From NCBI RefSeq assembly GCF_023055435.1, contig NW_025963779.1, forward strand, positions 19,220,001 to 19,284,000: a stretch of DNA of 64,000 bases, written 5' to 3'. A program made the position numbers and the translations under genes. The notes beneath the pieces are model-generated. The model made no database searches, was not told where the DNA came from, and worked only from the letters and a program-made list of their open reading frames with translations. The DNA comes from Haliotis rufescens. Its lineage: Eukaryota. Shown in pieces: positions 1-10,800 of the stretch. The first letter of the stretch is position 1, and each line of letters starts with the position of its first letter.

Positions 1-616
1 TGGCACATGAATGGCCAGACACTGACCTCGACACACCAAGGACTAGACAGAATAACGGCCAGACACTGACCTTGGCACATGAATGGACAGACACTGACCT
101 CGACACACCAAGGACTAGACAGAATAACGGACAGACACTGACCTCGACACACCAAGGACTAGACAGAATAACGGCCAGACACTGACCTTGGCACATGAAT
201 GGCCAGACACTGACCTTGACACACCAATGGCCGGGCATTCACCTTGATACACCAATAGCCAAAAACTGACCTCAACACAACGATCAGGCACTTGCCTCGA
301 TACACCAATAGCCAGAAACTGACCTTGACACAACAAAGGCCAGACACTGACCTCGACACAACAACGGCCAGACACTGACCTCAATCCAGAAATAGACAGA
401 CAATGACCTTCATACAACAACGGCCAGGCACTGACCTCAATACAACAATGGTCAAGCACTGACCCAGACACAAAAATAGCCACACACTGACCTCGACACA
501 ACAATGGCCAGACATTAACCTCGATATAACAATGACTGACACAATAATGGCCAGACACTGACCTTGGCACATGAATGGCCAGACACTGACCTCAACACAA
601 CAATGGCTACACTGAC
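1..616 (-). repeat. ~28-bp minisatellite (with ~45-bp variants) reiterating the AGGF1 donor AG|GTCAGT; continues off-window
   Basis: Minus-strand unit gtcagtgtctggccattgttgtgttgag; the first unit starts at the exon 773-617 donor. Confidence 0.9.
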
Positions 617-3600
617 CTCGATTAGCCTTCTCCTCGGCCTGCAGCCTGCCCAGGACCTGTCCTGGCTCACACTCATCACATGTGTCACTGCCAGGGTGGA
701 TGTGCAGGGACAGTGTCGTATTGCCCACTTGAAGTATATCACCATGTGATACCACTGTACCCTCAGCCTTCACCTTCAGGGGAGAATACCATGATATAAC
801 ATTATCACTTAGACAGGTCACCATCCACTCCTACAGTCTGAATACAATATTCATCGTTCGGAAATCCCAGTACACATCTCTTATTTTGTTTCCATGGATA
901 ACGATGTTACCATGGTTACAGTGTAAGAATGATTTTTTTCAGTTTTATTCAAATTATCACAACATAAGCATAATGATAAGCTTAACATGCGTCAAAATGT
1001 CACAACTTGTAGCAATCTGACCTGTGATATTCGAGCATCATTGAGGAATGTTCCGTTCTGACTCCCAGAATCGGTGATGACATAACTCTGCAGGTTGTAG
1101 TCATACGTTATCCCAGCATGCACCTGTAAATAAAGATCTCATTCAGCTGTTGTCTAGAGTGTCAGTGGCAAGTGTGTAAGTCAGGACAACTGGCAATAAC
1201 AGTGCTGAGTGACAGGGGTGTTGACACAGACGATAGTCAGCTGGACAGGAACTTGTGAGAAATTGTAAGGACACAGTAGTGAGTGAGTCAGTGAGTGAGG
1301 TTTTACGCCACTTTTAGCAATATTCCAGCAATATCACGGCGGGGGACACCACAAATGGGCTTCACACATTGTATCCATGTCGGGAATCGAACCCGGGTCT
1401 TCGGCATGACGAGCGAACGCTTTAACCACTAGGCTACCCGACCGCCCCAGGACACAGTAGCGTTAATGGAAGCAAGGCGCTGTCTTCTTTGTCGTAAGGT
1501 AAGCAGTAAATGCATTAAGGAGTAATGCAGGATAAGCAAAACATATGATAATGGAAGCTGTTTTTGACATGGCGTCTCCAGTAAAAGTCATCCGCAACAA
1601 GCACAGGATACTTGAGATCAGAGATCAAGCCAAGCTATGAAGGTAGTTGAATCATGATAGTTACAGACCTGACAAAACTAAATTTAAGGCCAAAGAATTT
1701 AGGACTTGCGCAGTGTCCTTAACAGAAAAAGGTTTGAGGTTTCCCACATAAGACGGCACAGTATTACTGGTAAACAAGTACACCGTGATTCAAATCTTCA
1801 AGAATATGTATTGTCATTCGATATAAATGGGTTGGTGTGCTGAGAAAATATGTAATTATGTGTATTTATTTCGGTTTTATCTTTGAGATAAGGTATATGT
1901 GATAAGACATCTACCTTTATACAAGATATGTGAGATCAGACACCTACCTTGAGACAAGATATATGTGATAACACACCTACCTTGACAAGATATATGTGAT
2001 AACACACCTACCTTGATACAAGATATGTGAGATGAGACACCAACCTTGATACAAGATATGTGAGATCAGACACCTACCTTGAGACGAGATATGTGAGATC
2101 AGACACCTACCTTGAGACAAGATATGTGAGATCAGACACCTACCTTGATACAAGATATTTGTGATAACACACCTATCTTGAGACGAGATATGTGAGATCA
2201 GACACCTTCCTTGATACAAGATATGTGAGATCAGAAACCTACCTTGAGACAAGATATGAGATCAGACACCTACCTTGCTGACATTGATGTCAGGTATTCT
2301 GATGAGGTTGTTCATGTCCTTCTCCCGGCCAATGCTGGCGCCATCACAGGTGACAATAAACAGCGTAGCTTCAGGCAGACAGTCCGACTCTGTGACCATC
2401 ACGCGGATACAGGGCGGCCAGTTGGTGGAGACCTCTGACATGGAACACAGGAACATGACAATGAGGCATCAAGCAGGGCTGTACCTGAGGTATTGGAGCA
2501 CAACTAAATAATTGATTGATTGTGTGTTGATTAATGCTGCACTCCAGCTATAAGACATCAGTCTGTAAATAATCCAATCTGGACCAGACAATCCAGTGAT
2601 TGGCATCATGAGCATCGATCCACGCAATTGGGATACCATGACATGCATCAACCAAGTCAGGGAACCTGACCACCTGATCCCGTTAGTCGCCTTTTACACA
2701 ACTAAATGACAATTGAGTTACTGGGTGTTATTTAATGCCATGTCAGCTATTTCCAAGCAATGTCCCCACAGGCTGTAGATGTGTCAAGTCCGGGCCAGGT
2801 ACACCAATCATCAGGGAACGGTGAGACACAATCTGTCTGTTTCAGTTGCGATAAGGTCAGGTGACTCTCTCTGCTTGTACTGGTGGACTGAAGCCGATTT
2901 ATAGTGCCAGCTCACTGAGATACCATGCCGCAGCTTAACATGAATACCCCACTCGGACACAGTATACTGAGTCTGAGCCGACCAGTCCTAGTTTTAGGCC
3001 CTTAAAGCCAAGCGCCAGACAGGGCAACAACAACTACCATCTTTTAACGTCTTTTGGTATGACGCAGGCAGACGCTCTACCACTAGACCACAGGCGGTCG
3101 TTTCAATTGTGTGTGTCATGACAGGGTGTACTGCACAAGCCCCATTCTCAAGGCAATGCTATGTATGATGCACCCTTACAAAAGTGGCTGTCATCTTGAA
3201 TAAGATACTCAATCAAATCAAAATACACAAAAATATGTTGATGGCATAATTGTTACTTGAATGATAAAAAGACGCTTCAACAAGAAACGTGTTAAGCTCA
3301 CATATATAAATTTATATATATCAATAAACTTTGAGAACTTTTCAACAGAAAGGTTCTGCAGTTAACTTTAGTTTCACCATGACAACCAATGCTGCCCACC
3401 CTCCTGCTCCTCCTCTATGATCTCCTCCTCCTCCTCCTCCTCCTCCTCCTCCACACTACTCTCACTGATGGAGGAGAGGGTGGAGGAGGACTCTGTATCT
3501 GACGTCAGCTCCCCCGGCTCCAGGTCACACCTCCCAGAGGCAAAACTGTCCGACAACACTTCACCATCACTCAGATGCACCACTCCTTCTGGCGAAGACT

Positions 3601-6600
3601 CCACAGACTTCATATCAGGTGGCTCCTGAGAAGACTCAACAATTTCACCCATCTCAACATCAGACTCGGGTTGATTCTTTTGTGCATCACTTAATTTTCC
3701 TGAGTCTTCCATTACTGTTTTCTTCCTTCCTTTTGAATGTCTACTTCTTTTCCGATCTTTATCAGCCATCCTCTCCCTCCTACCCCTCTCCTTGTCCCCA
3801 TGATGTCTACTGGTTCTACCAGAGTCAGACCCTGGCTCCTCAACAGATTGCATATCATCCTTCTCTGACCCACGACAGTTGCCTCCCCTTCTGTGATGCG
3901 ATCTATGTTTCTTTCTCTTTGTTTTCTTTTTTTCTGATTTCCTTCTCCTCGACTTGGATTTTTCTTTGTCATCTTTTTCTTTTTTCCTTTTCTTCCTGCT
4001 TTGCTCCTGAAAGAGAAAAAAGAGTTTGTGAGGTTTAGGTTTTACCTATTGCCTGTTGTCGACTGTTTTCTATTTCCAGTTTGTGCAGGGCAGAGGTCAC
4101 TTCGTCCACGTCGGACTGGTTGGTGGGAATCTGGAGAAATACAAAGACAGAGGTAACAGCACAAATAGCAGCAGGACAAGAACAGGGTCTCCACGGATCT
4201 GACAGAGATGGTTCCAGAAGTTGACTAAGAATATCGTCAAACACGCTAATTATCATCAACTATGGTTTTCTTAAGGGGGTGTCGTATGGTGTCATACTCT
4301 GCTATCCTCTATTTGGTAAGCTCTTATACCGAACAGATTTACTAGTAATCTAATCTGCCCCCCAAAAACCCCTTGGGGTTCTTGAAACATTATGAATATG
4401 TTACACATATAATTTCTCCTATCAAATACATTTATTAAAAAAATGAATTTCTTGGCCAAACTGTTACAGGTGAGGCTACAAATAGAATCAACAGATACAT
4501 TTGACCTTTACAGAAAACCAAGACTAGTTCTCCCAGATTGAACTTACTGTCTCCTCCCTCTCTCTCTTCCTTTTATCCTTACTCTTCTTCTTCTTCACCT
4601 TCTCTTTGCTACCAGAGGGCTCTGCTGTGGGATTCCTGGGCTGTGATTGGCTAGGGGGACACGTGTATTGGAGTGGCTCCACCTGGGAGTGGAACTTGTA
4701 CTCTCCACTCGCCTCCTCGTAGTAGAAGTAGGTTCCAGTCGCTGGGTCGTAGTACAGGCCCTGCTCCTGTGATAAGCATCACAAGTGTTATACAGGCCTT
4801 GCTCCTGTGATAATCAACACAAGTATTATACAGGCCTTGTTCCTGTGATGATCAACACAAGTATTATACAGGCCTTGCTCCTGTGATAATCAACACAAGT
4901 ATTATACAGGCCTTGTTCCTGTGATGATCAACACAAGTGTTTTACAAGCCTTGCTCCTGTGATGATCAACACAAGTGTTATACAGGCCTTGTTCCTGTGA
5001 TGATCAACACAAGTGTTATACAGGCCTTGCTCCTGTGATGATCAACACAAGTGTTATACAGGCCCTGCTCCTGTGATGATCAACACAAGTGTTATACAGG
5101 CCTTGTTCCTATGATAATCAACACAAGTATTATACAGGCCTTGCTCCTGTGATGATCAACACAAGTGTTATACAGGCCTTGCTCCTGTGATGATCAACAC
5201 AAGTATTATACAGGCCTTGCTCCTGTGATGATCAACACAAGTGTTATACAGGCCTTGCTCCTGTGATGATCAACACAAGTATTATACAGGCCTCGCTCCT
5301 GTGATGATCAACACAAGTGCCATACAGGCCTTGCTCCTGTGATGATCAACACAAGTATTATACAGGCCTCGCTCCTGTGATGATCAACACAAGTGCCATA
5401 CAGGCCTTGCTCCTGTGATAAGGAACACAAGTGTTATACAGGCCTTGCTCCTGTGATGATCAACACAAGTATTATACAGGCCTCGCTCCTGTGATGATCA
5501 ACACAAGTGCCATACAGGCCTTGCTCCTGTGATAAGGAACACAAGTGTTATACAGGCCTTGCTCCTGTGATGATCAACACAATGGGTGCAAGTGACTAAG
5601 GAAGGATGCGTCCTTCCTCTCTTTGTTGAAAGTGGGTCTCACTTTGCAAAAATAACCAGGACATGAAACTTCTCTGCTCAAATTCTTATCCAGATTTACA
5701 GTTACCATCGCAATTACAACACAGGCATGGTTCTTGTTACAACACAAGTCCATCTCTAAGTCAGTAGAATTTTTCTNNNNNNNNNNNNNNNNNNNNNNNN
5801 NNNNNNNNNNNNNNNNNNNNNNNNNNNNNNNNNNNNNNNNNNNNNNNNNNNNNNNNNNNNNNNNNNNNNNNNNNNNNNNNNNNNNNNNNNNNNNNNNNNN
5901 NNNNNNNNNNNNNNNNNNNNNNNNNNNNNNNNNNNNNNNNNACTAGTTCGCGATGAACGCACTGCTAAATATAACTGCTCTCAGTCACCTGACTGCCGAG
6001 CCTTACCCAGATTGTAACCATGTGATCAAAACTCAATGATGGGGTTTATCACTTATAAAATACATCATTCTTGAAAAGTGCATTTTGCAATTTTTTGCAA
6101 GTAATATTCTCACCGCTGGAATGGCTTGTTTCCAGTTTATAAGTATTAGCACCTAGGCAGCTGTCTTAGCTAGTACACTTTTTGAACATAGTTTTTAACT
6201 TCCCTTCTGTTATCCCAACTGCACGTGCAGTTCGTAAACGATACTTTTTCAAAGCATATTGTGGTCTACCTCTTTCACATTCTTTTAAAAAAAATTGTAG
6301 ACGTTGCAAATAATTGACTTCGCGTCGAGTGATGTTCTCATTGTTTCAGATATAGCAATCACGCATCTATGGTTTGCTCAGCAAGCCTTACGTCACTTTC
6401 GCACATGAAACTCGCCCACCTGTCTGTTCTATGAGCGACTGGTCCTCCCTGGTATGGGATGGCGAAAAATGTCAACAATATGATGATCGTTTGTTAAACA
6501 ATTTTTTTATTCGGGTGTCCAACATTATGAGACAAACCATCAGATTTGGTCTGTCCAATTCATGTCGCTGTGCACATTTTGGTTTTGTTGCAATTATTAG

Positions 6601-9600
6601 ATTTTGAGTAAGTGAGCAATTCAGCGGTCTCAAATGGAATCAAACGGACTGTAATTAACAATTGCGATAGTATTTTGGTAATATTTCAGCAGATTTTAAT
6701 CTTGGTAGATAGATTAGCCTAAACTGATCTTCCTAGATCTGAATACATTTTACTAGACTAAGATTTGGACAAGTGGCTAAAGTCACAGACTGTGTTAGTC
6801 TCTTTAAGTTTGTTTGTTCTTTAACACCGCACTCCAGTTATATGATGGCAATCTGTAAATAATCGAGTCTGGACCAGACAATCCAGTGATTGACATCATG
6901 AGCATCGATCCACGCATTTGGGATACAATGCACTGACCCAGTCACAGAGTCTGACTCCCCGATCCCGTTAGTAGCTGCCTTTCACAGCAAGCATGAGTTG
7001 ATGAAGACGTAGGTCTTAAACCCGGATCTTTACAGATGCAGCCTCATTAAGACCATTGTAGACAGGTTAGATCCGATCATCAATTTAGTCGTATCCTAAC
7101 TCTGCTATGCATGCCACTGTTGGATTCTTCCAATGCAAGCCTACTCACATGGTTGTAGTAGTATCCAGAGTTGTAATCATAGTAGAGTCCACTGTCGTCA
7201 TCGAACACAAACCCTGACTGGGACAGAGTTGCCTCTGCCGTCAGTTTCAGGGCTTCTGCTATAGAGACTGGCTTGTCTGTGCCCTCCTGTAACAAACACA
7301 GAACAACTCCATCAAAAACACAAGTAAGAGAAATGTCCATGTCTTTCATGAATTTAGAATACAATCAAAACTGGAGTGAGTGAGTAGGGTTTTACGCCGC
7401 TTTTCGCAATATTCCAGCAATATCACAGAGGGGGACACCAGAAATGGGCTTCACACATTGTACCCAATTCGGGAATCGAACCCGGGTCTTCGGCGTGACG
7501 AGCAAACACCTTAACCACTAGGCTATCCGACAGCCCCATCAAAACTGGAACTGACATACTACCATGGCAGCCACATTGGATCAGTACACATTGAGATGTG
7601 TTTGTTTGTTTGCTTGTTTGTTGATTAACACCACACTCAGCAATATTCCAGCTTTGTTGCGGCGGTCTGTAAATAATCGAGCCTGGACCAGACAATCCAG
7701 AGATTGACATCATGAGCATCGATCCACGCAATTGGGATGTGATGACATGCAGCAACCGAATCCGGGAGCCTGACCACCCGATCCCGTTAGTTGCCTCTTA
7801 CAACAAGCATAGTCGCCTTTTACGGCAAGCATGTGTTGCCGAAGACCTATTCTAACCCGGATTGTCACGGGTCACACATTGAGGTAACATAATGAGTTGA
7901 CTATGAATGCAACGATTCACCATGTTCACTAGTCAAGGTGTTCCAGGAGTTAAAATATTTACACAGGCAATGAGGGCGGTCGGGTAGCCTAGTGGTTAAA
8001 GCGTTCGCTCGTCACGCCGAAGACCCGGGTTCGATTACCGACATGGGTACAATGTATGAAGCCCATTTCTGGTGTTCCCTGCCGTGATATTGCTGGGATA
8101 TTGCTAAAAGCGGCGTAAAACCATACTCACTCACTACACAGGCAATGAGATTCACTCACTCTGGATTGCAGCGCGGAGGAGCTACAAATGTCAAGCAGAC
8201 AAGCATGAAGTGTATTTTAAAACTCAGAGAATTATGACTTTATCATGTTTAAACAGGTTGACAAAGGTTTTTGTTTGTTTGTTTGTTGTTTAATGCTGCA
8301 CTCAGCAATCTTCCAGCTTTATGATGGCGGCCTGTAGACAGTCAAGTCCAGGCCACACAATTCAGAGATTGATATTGTGAGCATGCAACGATCCAGCCCT
8401 TCAGGGTTCGAAGACACGCAAATACGTAGTCACCAAGTTAGACGACCCAATCCATTAAGTCACCTCTTTCAACCAGCACAGGTTGCTGGGGAACAAATCT
8501 AACCCAGAGCCCCACAGGGACCATTGCCATACTGTTGACAAAACCAAACATGCTCAATGTGATCAAAATTAGTCAAATTACCAGTGTGGTAGTTCCTCCA
8601 TTTTCCCAACTTGGCAGTGGCTTATCTCCTAGCTCTGTGGAAAATATACACACAAGACAATGAACGCACATGACACAAGTACATCAGATAACTTACAGAA
8701 CAAGAAAACAGTGGTACTGGTAGATATCCTTCTACTACATTGAACAGCTGATAAACTAGTGCTGATTGAACAAATCAGTTGTTTATTTTATTTTCTGTTA
8801 TATTTATCCTGATGCTGTGATATACAACAATACTGTTCAAATTGGTGTTCTACCCATCTACCGAGGGGCTTTGACTCACTATAAAAGTCCAGTTTCTACC
8901 CTTGCAGAACTAGTGCAACGAAATCGAAATCCGGTTAGTAAACTGTCATGCAGATTTCGGTCGATTGCAGGATTTGCAAAGCATGCTTACGGCCACCTCG
9001 TCAACAGATATTTTCCAAGTCTTTTCATGTTTTTAATCAAGGTGCTCAAGTGATTTGATGCACTGCGTCATGTAAGACCCGTTTTATCACAATATAGATC
9101 TTGATTCTCAATTAGATCGTCTTGACTAGGCGCAGCCATTTTGTTTGAAACAAATGCAAGTGATATGAGAGGTGGAATCTGATTGGTCCATAGCAAAAGG
9201 CTTAGAGGGGACATAACTTGTAACAGCCATTGGTGTCACTATGATCAAGCCCAGGAATTCCAGCCTATTCAGCAAGGTGGAAACTGGACTTTTAAAGTCA
9301 GTGAACTCCCTTGCCTGGGGAAGATGTGTTCTACCCAACTTACTCACTACTTTCCCTAAAACCCATTTCACACCACACCCACCCACAACTTTCATAAGGC
9401 AGTCAGTCATGTCAATACCAGTAAGAATCTCCTCTGCAACTGCTTGGAGCCCTATCTCCTTCCTAGTTCGCCGTTTGTCTCGGAAGTCCTGAATCTCCCG
9501 ACTCAAGGCTGTCATCTGTTCACGAAGATCATCATTGTATGTATTGGCTGTCTCGAGCTGTCGTTTTTTCTTTTCCAAAGCCTTTGCCCCTTTCTCTATT

Positions 9601-9704
9601 TCTTTGTGGGCATCTTCTAGTTCCTGCTTTACTGCTGAGAGCTCAGCTTCCAGTTCCAGGACCTTTGCCTTTAATGTCTCAATCTCCATATCATCACCTG
9701 CCAT
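617..9704 (-). CDS. AGGF1: Angiogenic factor with G-patch and FHA domains 1-like, multi-exon, 3' part off-window. Coding exons: 9704-9419, 8634-8582, 7286-7149, 4766-4548, (possible 4130-4101), 4006-3400, 2434-2274, 1123-1022, 773-617
   Basis: Spliced translation gives an N-terminal coiled coil (MAGDDMEIETLKAKVLELE...), an OCRE motif (SIAEALKLTAEATLSQSGFVFDDDSGLYYDYNSGYYYNH|EQGLYYDPATGTYFYYEEASGEYKFHSQV), WPPCIRV, an FHA domain (IGREKDMNNLIRIPDINVSK|VHAGI...DSGSQNGTFLN) and HIHPGSDTCDECEPGQV, in AGGF1 order. GT-AG boundaries and phases chain consistently. The donor at 9419 and the 4130 exon are less certain. Confidence 0.93.
1279..1448 (-). mobile_element. SINE family A (tRNA-Asp-like head, ~170 bp, (ACTC)n tail)
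   Basis: A box TAGCCTAGTGG, B box GGTTCGATTCCC, TSD aggacacagta on both sides. Confidence 0.9.
1882..2277 (-). repeat. 33-bp minisatellite (~12 copies) reiterating the AGGF1 donor CAAG|GTAGGT
   Basis: Unit gtaggtgtctgatctcacatatcttgtctcaag; the first copy is the donor of exon 2434-2274. Confidence 0.92.
2513..2697 (-). mobile_element. SINE-like family B, 5'-truncated copy
   Basis: Matches the body tctggaccagacaatccagtgat...gatcccgttagtcgcc seen in more than 10 other copies in the window. Confidence 0.85.
2868..3098 (-). mobile_element. SINE family D (tRNA head plus Meta/MESC-type central domain); related pieces at 30935-31127, 40964-41088, 45612-45707
   Basis: Head gtggtctagtggtagagcgtc; central gtcataccaaaagacgttaaaagatggtag...aggactggtcggctc...cagtatactgtg. 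The domain name is from recall of MetaSINE/MESC consensus, not from a search. Confidence 0.7.
4753..5582 (-). repeat. 38-bp minisatellite (~22 copies) reiterating the AGGF1 acceptor plus the first ~14 exon bases
   Basis: Minus-strand unit taacacttgtgttgatcatcacag|GAGCAAGGCCTGTA; the exon starts cacag|GAGCAGGGCCTGTAC at 4766. Confidence 0.93.
5777..5941. other. Assembly gap (N run)
   Basis: Run of n. Confidence 1.
6808..7035 (-). mobile_element. SINE-like family B, diverged copy with a single 22-bp module
   Basis: Similarity to the other family B copies. Confidence 0.8.
7376..7537 (-). mobile_element. SINE family A
   Basis: A/B boxes; TSD atcaaaactgga. Confidence 0.9.
7598..7873 (-). mobile_element. 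SINE-like family B, full length
   Basis: Starts gacccgtg, ends (aaac)n; TSD acacattgag. Confidence 0.9.
7974..8133 (+). mobile_element. SINE family A
   Basis: A/B boxes; TSD tacacaggcaatgag. Confidence 0.9.
8855..9326. mobile_element. Non-autonomous TIR element with 9-bp TSD (Mutator-like signature), 472 bp
   Basis: TIR catcttcc.aggcaagggag...aaaagtccagtttccacc(c)ttgc; perfect TSD tgttctacc at 8846-8854 and 9327-9335. Confidence 0.88.
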
Positions 9705-9949
9705 GGCTAGGTTTTATGGAGTCCTGAAATACTGTAAATATTTGGTTGATAGTTTCACATAGATTTACTTTTGTGAGGTTAGCTAATGACCTCTGCATGA
9801 CCCTGGTAGTGCCAATGAACTATTTTTTACAAGGAGTGTTCAGGGATAATTCTGGGGTAGGGCTTTGTGCTTTTAGCCCCCAAGTATATCCAGACTGAGG
9901 ACAAGAGGATCATTCAGTAAGTGGTGAGTGGATACTCTGTTCGGGTGAT

Positions 9950-10252
9950 AACTGTTAGGACCCAAGTACACACAGGGCTACCCAGACCCTGTGGTTAGTC
10001 ATGTGATATATTGTTTAATGACAAAAATTCACTATAACTCCATGGTTACAGAACAAGTCACTATTGTTCACATTTCTTTCTGACGACTTTTATTTGTTTG
10101 AATTAGATGATGATTCAATCAACTTCAGTGTATGTATAGCCTGATCATTATATATGTGTATCTAAATATTTTTTGCCCGGGCTTGAGTTAAACAATTCCC
10201 AATCTAACAATCACCTGTATCCGTGTAGACATTTGAGCTCGTCCCAGACCTA
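9950..10252. mobile_element. Partial copy of the hAT-like MITE at 27604-28015
   Basis: Shared tagtcatgtgata...tataactccatggttaca...aaacaattcccaatct and terminus cccagaccta. Confidence 0.65.
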
Positions 10253-10729
10253 CATGATATCTACCAACATGAATTGATAGAACAATAGCCTGGTTTTGAT
10301 ATGGTTGGTGATAAAATACGTTGTTTTAGGGGATACGTAATGCACTAACTTGTTAGAACAGTTGCGGATATGAAGAATGATGTAAACACCATGCATGATG
10401 TATACTGTTGACAAGTCATGTGTTGTTGTTACTGCCGTGGACCAGAACACATATTGCAAAATGGAGCCATGGTTTTCAAAGGTGAAACGCAGTGGATGTG
10501 TGACAATGTCGCTAAGTCATGTATATATCATCTAAAATGTATTCACAATATCTTAACCAGAATTACAAACACAAAGCACTGTGTGCACGAAAATTGAAGG
10601 TCTATCTACAAACGAATTTAATTTGAAACATAGTGTTCACGGTGTGTTCTCTAACACTCTATAACATGTGGTCTACAAAGTGAATCGTTCATAATTAATT
10701 AACTGTCTTTATCTGTCAAAACATCGTAC

Positions 10730-10800
10730 CTGTTCAAAGCACGTTCAAACCGACATGATAACATGTCGCTTTCATTTCGCCACAAACTCATTTGTAAGGG
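10730..10800 (-). other. AGGF1: Probable non-coding 5' UTR exon / promoter-proximal region of AGGF1
   Basis: Donor CAG|gtacga at 10730/10729; acceptor tatttcag| at 9724, 19 nt before the ATG; local CpG enrichment. TSS position is approximate. Confidence 0.5.

Noticed and set aside
7974-8050. tRNA gene (Asp-like) and other tRNA-like heads
   Set aside because: No acceptor-stem pairing; continuous with SINE bodies and flanked by TSDs.
9126-9418. C-terminal half of the 192-aa ORF as coding
   Set aside because: It runs through the intron into MITE TIR sequence. An alternative phase-1 donor near 9343 cannot be excluded.
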